A DNA stretch of 64,000 bases from a virus. Its lineage: Duplodnaviria > Caudoviricetes. The position numbers and the translations under genes are program-made. A model generated the notes under the pieces. The model had not been told where the DNA came from and searched no databases. It saw only the letters and a list, made by a program, of their open reading frames with translations. Shown here in pieces: positions 63,563-64,000 of the stretch; the first letter of the stretch is position 1; each line of letters opens with the position of its first letter. Location: positions 1,848 to 65,847 of IMG/VR virus record IMGVR_UViG_3300036845_000196; one strand, written 5' to 3'.

Positions 63563-63987
63563 TTGCGCGGCCGATCATCCGCTGGGACGAATGGCGCGGT
63601 GCGATGGACGGTCGGCCGACTCTATGGGTCAAGCACCTATTCTGTCGCCGAGGTCGCCACGTCGATCTGCACAAGATGGTTGGCCCTGACGATCCAGGTT
63701 GTTTTCACACGCATCCCGCATACGCCATCCGCATCATCCTGTGGGGCGGATATCTTGAGGAACTCGAAGGCGGTAGGGTCGTGATCTGGAAGCCAGGATA
63801 TATTGGCTTGGTTGCGCCAGAGCTGTCGCATCGGATCGCGCGCGTCTACCGGCAGTCTTCCTATTCGCTCTGGATCAGGTTCCGCAAGCGCGCCAAGGTT
63901 TATTTGCGCGGCGACGGCTGGCAGCGTCAGCAGCAAACATTCCGGGCGCCTAATACCGAGATCGCGGCATCACAAAGTGGAGGTTAA
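63559..63987 (+). CDS. cupin-like protein
   Basis: LHKM..PDD..FHTHP....IILWGGYLEE..HRI. Confidence 0.65.
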   Translation: MIARPIIRWDEWRGAMDGRPTLWVKHLFCRRGRHVDLHKMVGPDDPGCFHTHPAYAIRIILWGGYLEELEGGRVVIWKPGYIGLVAPELSHRIARVYRQSSYSLWIRFRKRAKVYLRGDGWQRQQQTFRAPNTEIAASQSGG

Positions 63988-64000
63988 GAAACATGCGATG

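Larger units (their letters stand above)
1..64000. mobile_element. Tailed dsDNA phage or prophage, podovirus-like, likely alphaproteobacterial host
   Basis: Terminase, portal, capsid, nozzle, ejection proteins, holin/endolysin, Cro-like HTH and recombinase in two divergent arms; no host housekeeping genes seen. Confidence 0.93.

Noticed and set aside
1-64000. tRNA, rRNA or attP/attL/attR sites
   Set aside because: None recognised by eye; tRNAscan and flanking sequence would be needed to exclude them.

Overview
The whole window is a GC-rich tailed phage or prophage, probably a nearly complete circularly permuted genome. It most likely has podovirus architecture (no tape measure, sheath or tube seen) and an alphaproteobacterial, Bradyrhizobium-like host. 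A long minus-strand arm (~52.5 kb to 875) runs Cro-like regulator, replication and methylase genes, terminase, portal, GroES, scaffold, glycosyltransferases, capsid, head-tail, fibres, nozzle, ejection proteins, a polyvalent protein and lysis genes. A plus-strand early arm (52.6-64 kb, continuing at 1-868) carries a tyrosine recombinase and DNA-modification genes. The most striking unexplained signal is about 31 copies of two families of 45-60 bp bipartite repeats (A: GGTAGACTGGCTACCTTGG...TTACGGCCATAGAG; B: GGGTCACGAG or GGGTCATTCGC...CGGTCA). They share a GGTTTTTGGGT-like outer end, sit at gene junctions, and mostly occur as inverted pairs around unrelated small cargo genes, non-coding hairpins or almost nothing. 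This suggests a phage gene-cassette capture/exchange system. Also notable: several homing endonucleases paired with duplicated 5' ends of the neighbouring gene, an ART-HiPIP-InPase polyvalent protein, a recurrent xxxGGx[VI] motif in virion proteins, and a C5-methylase with a second subunit in an overlapping frame. All family calls come from motif recognition by eye, not database searches.
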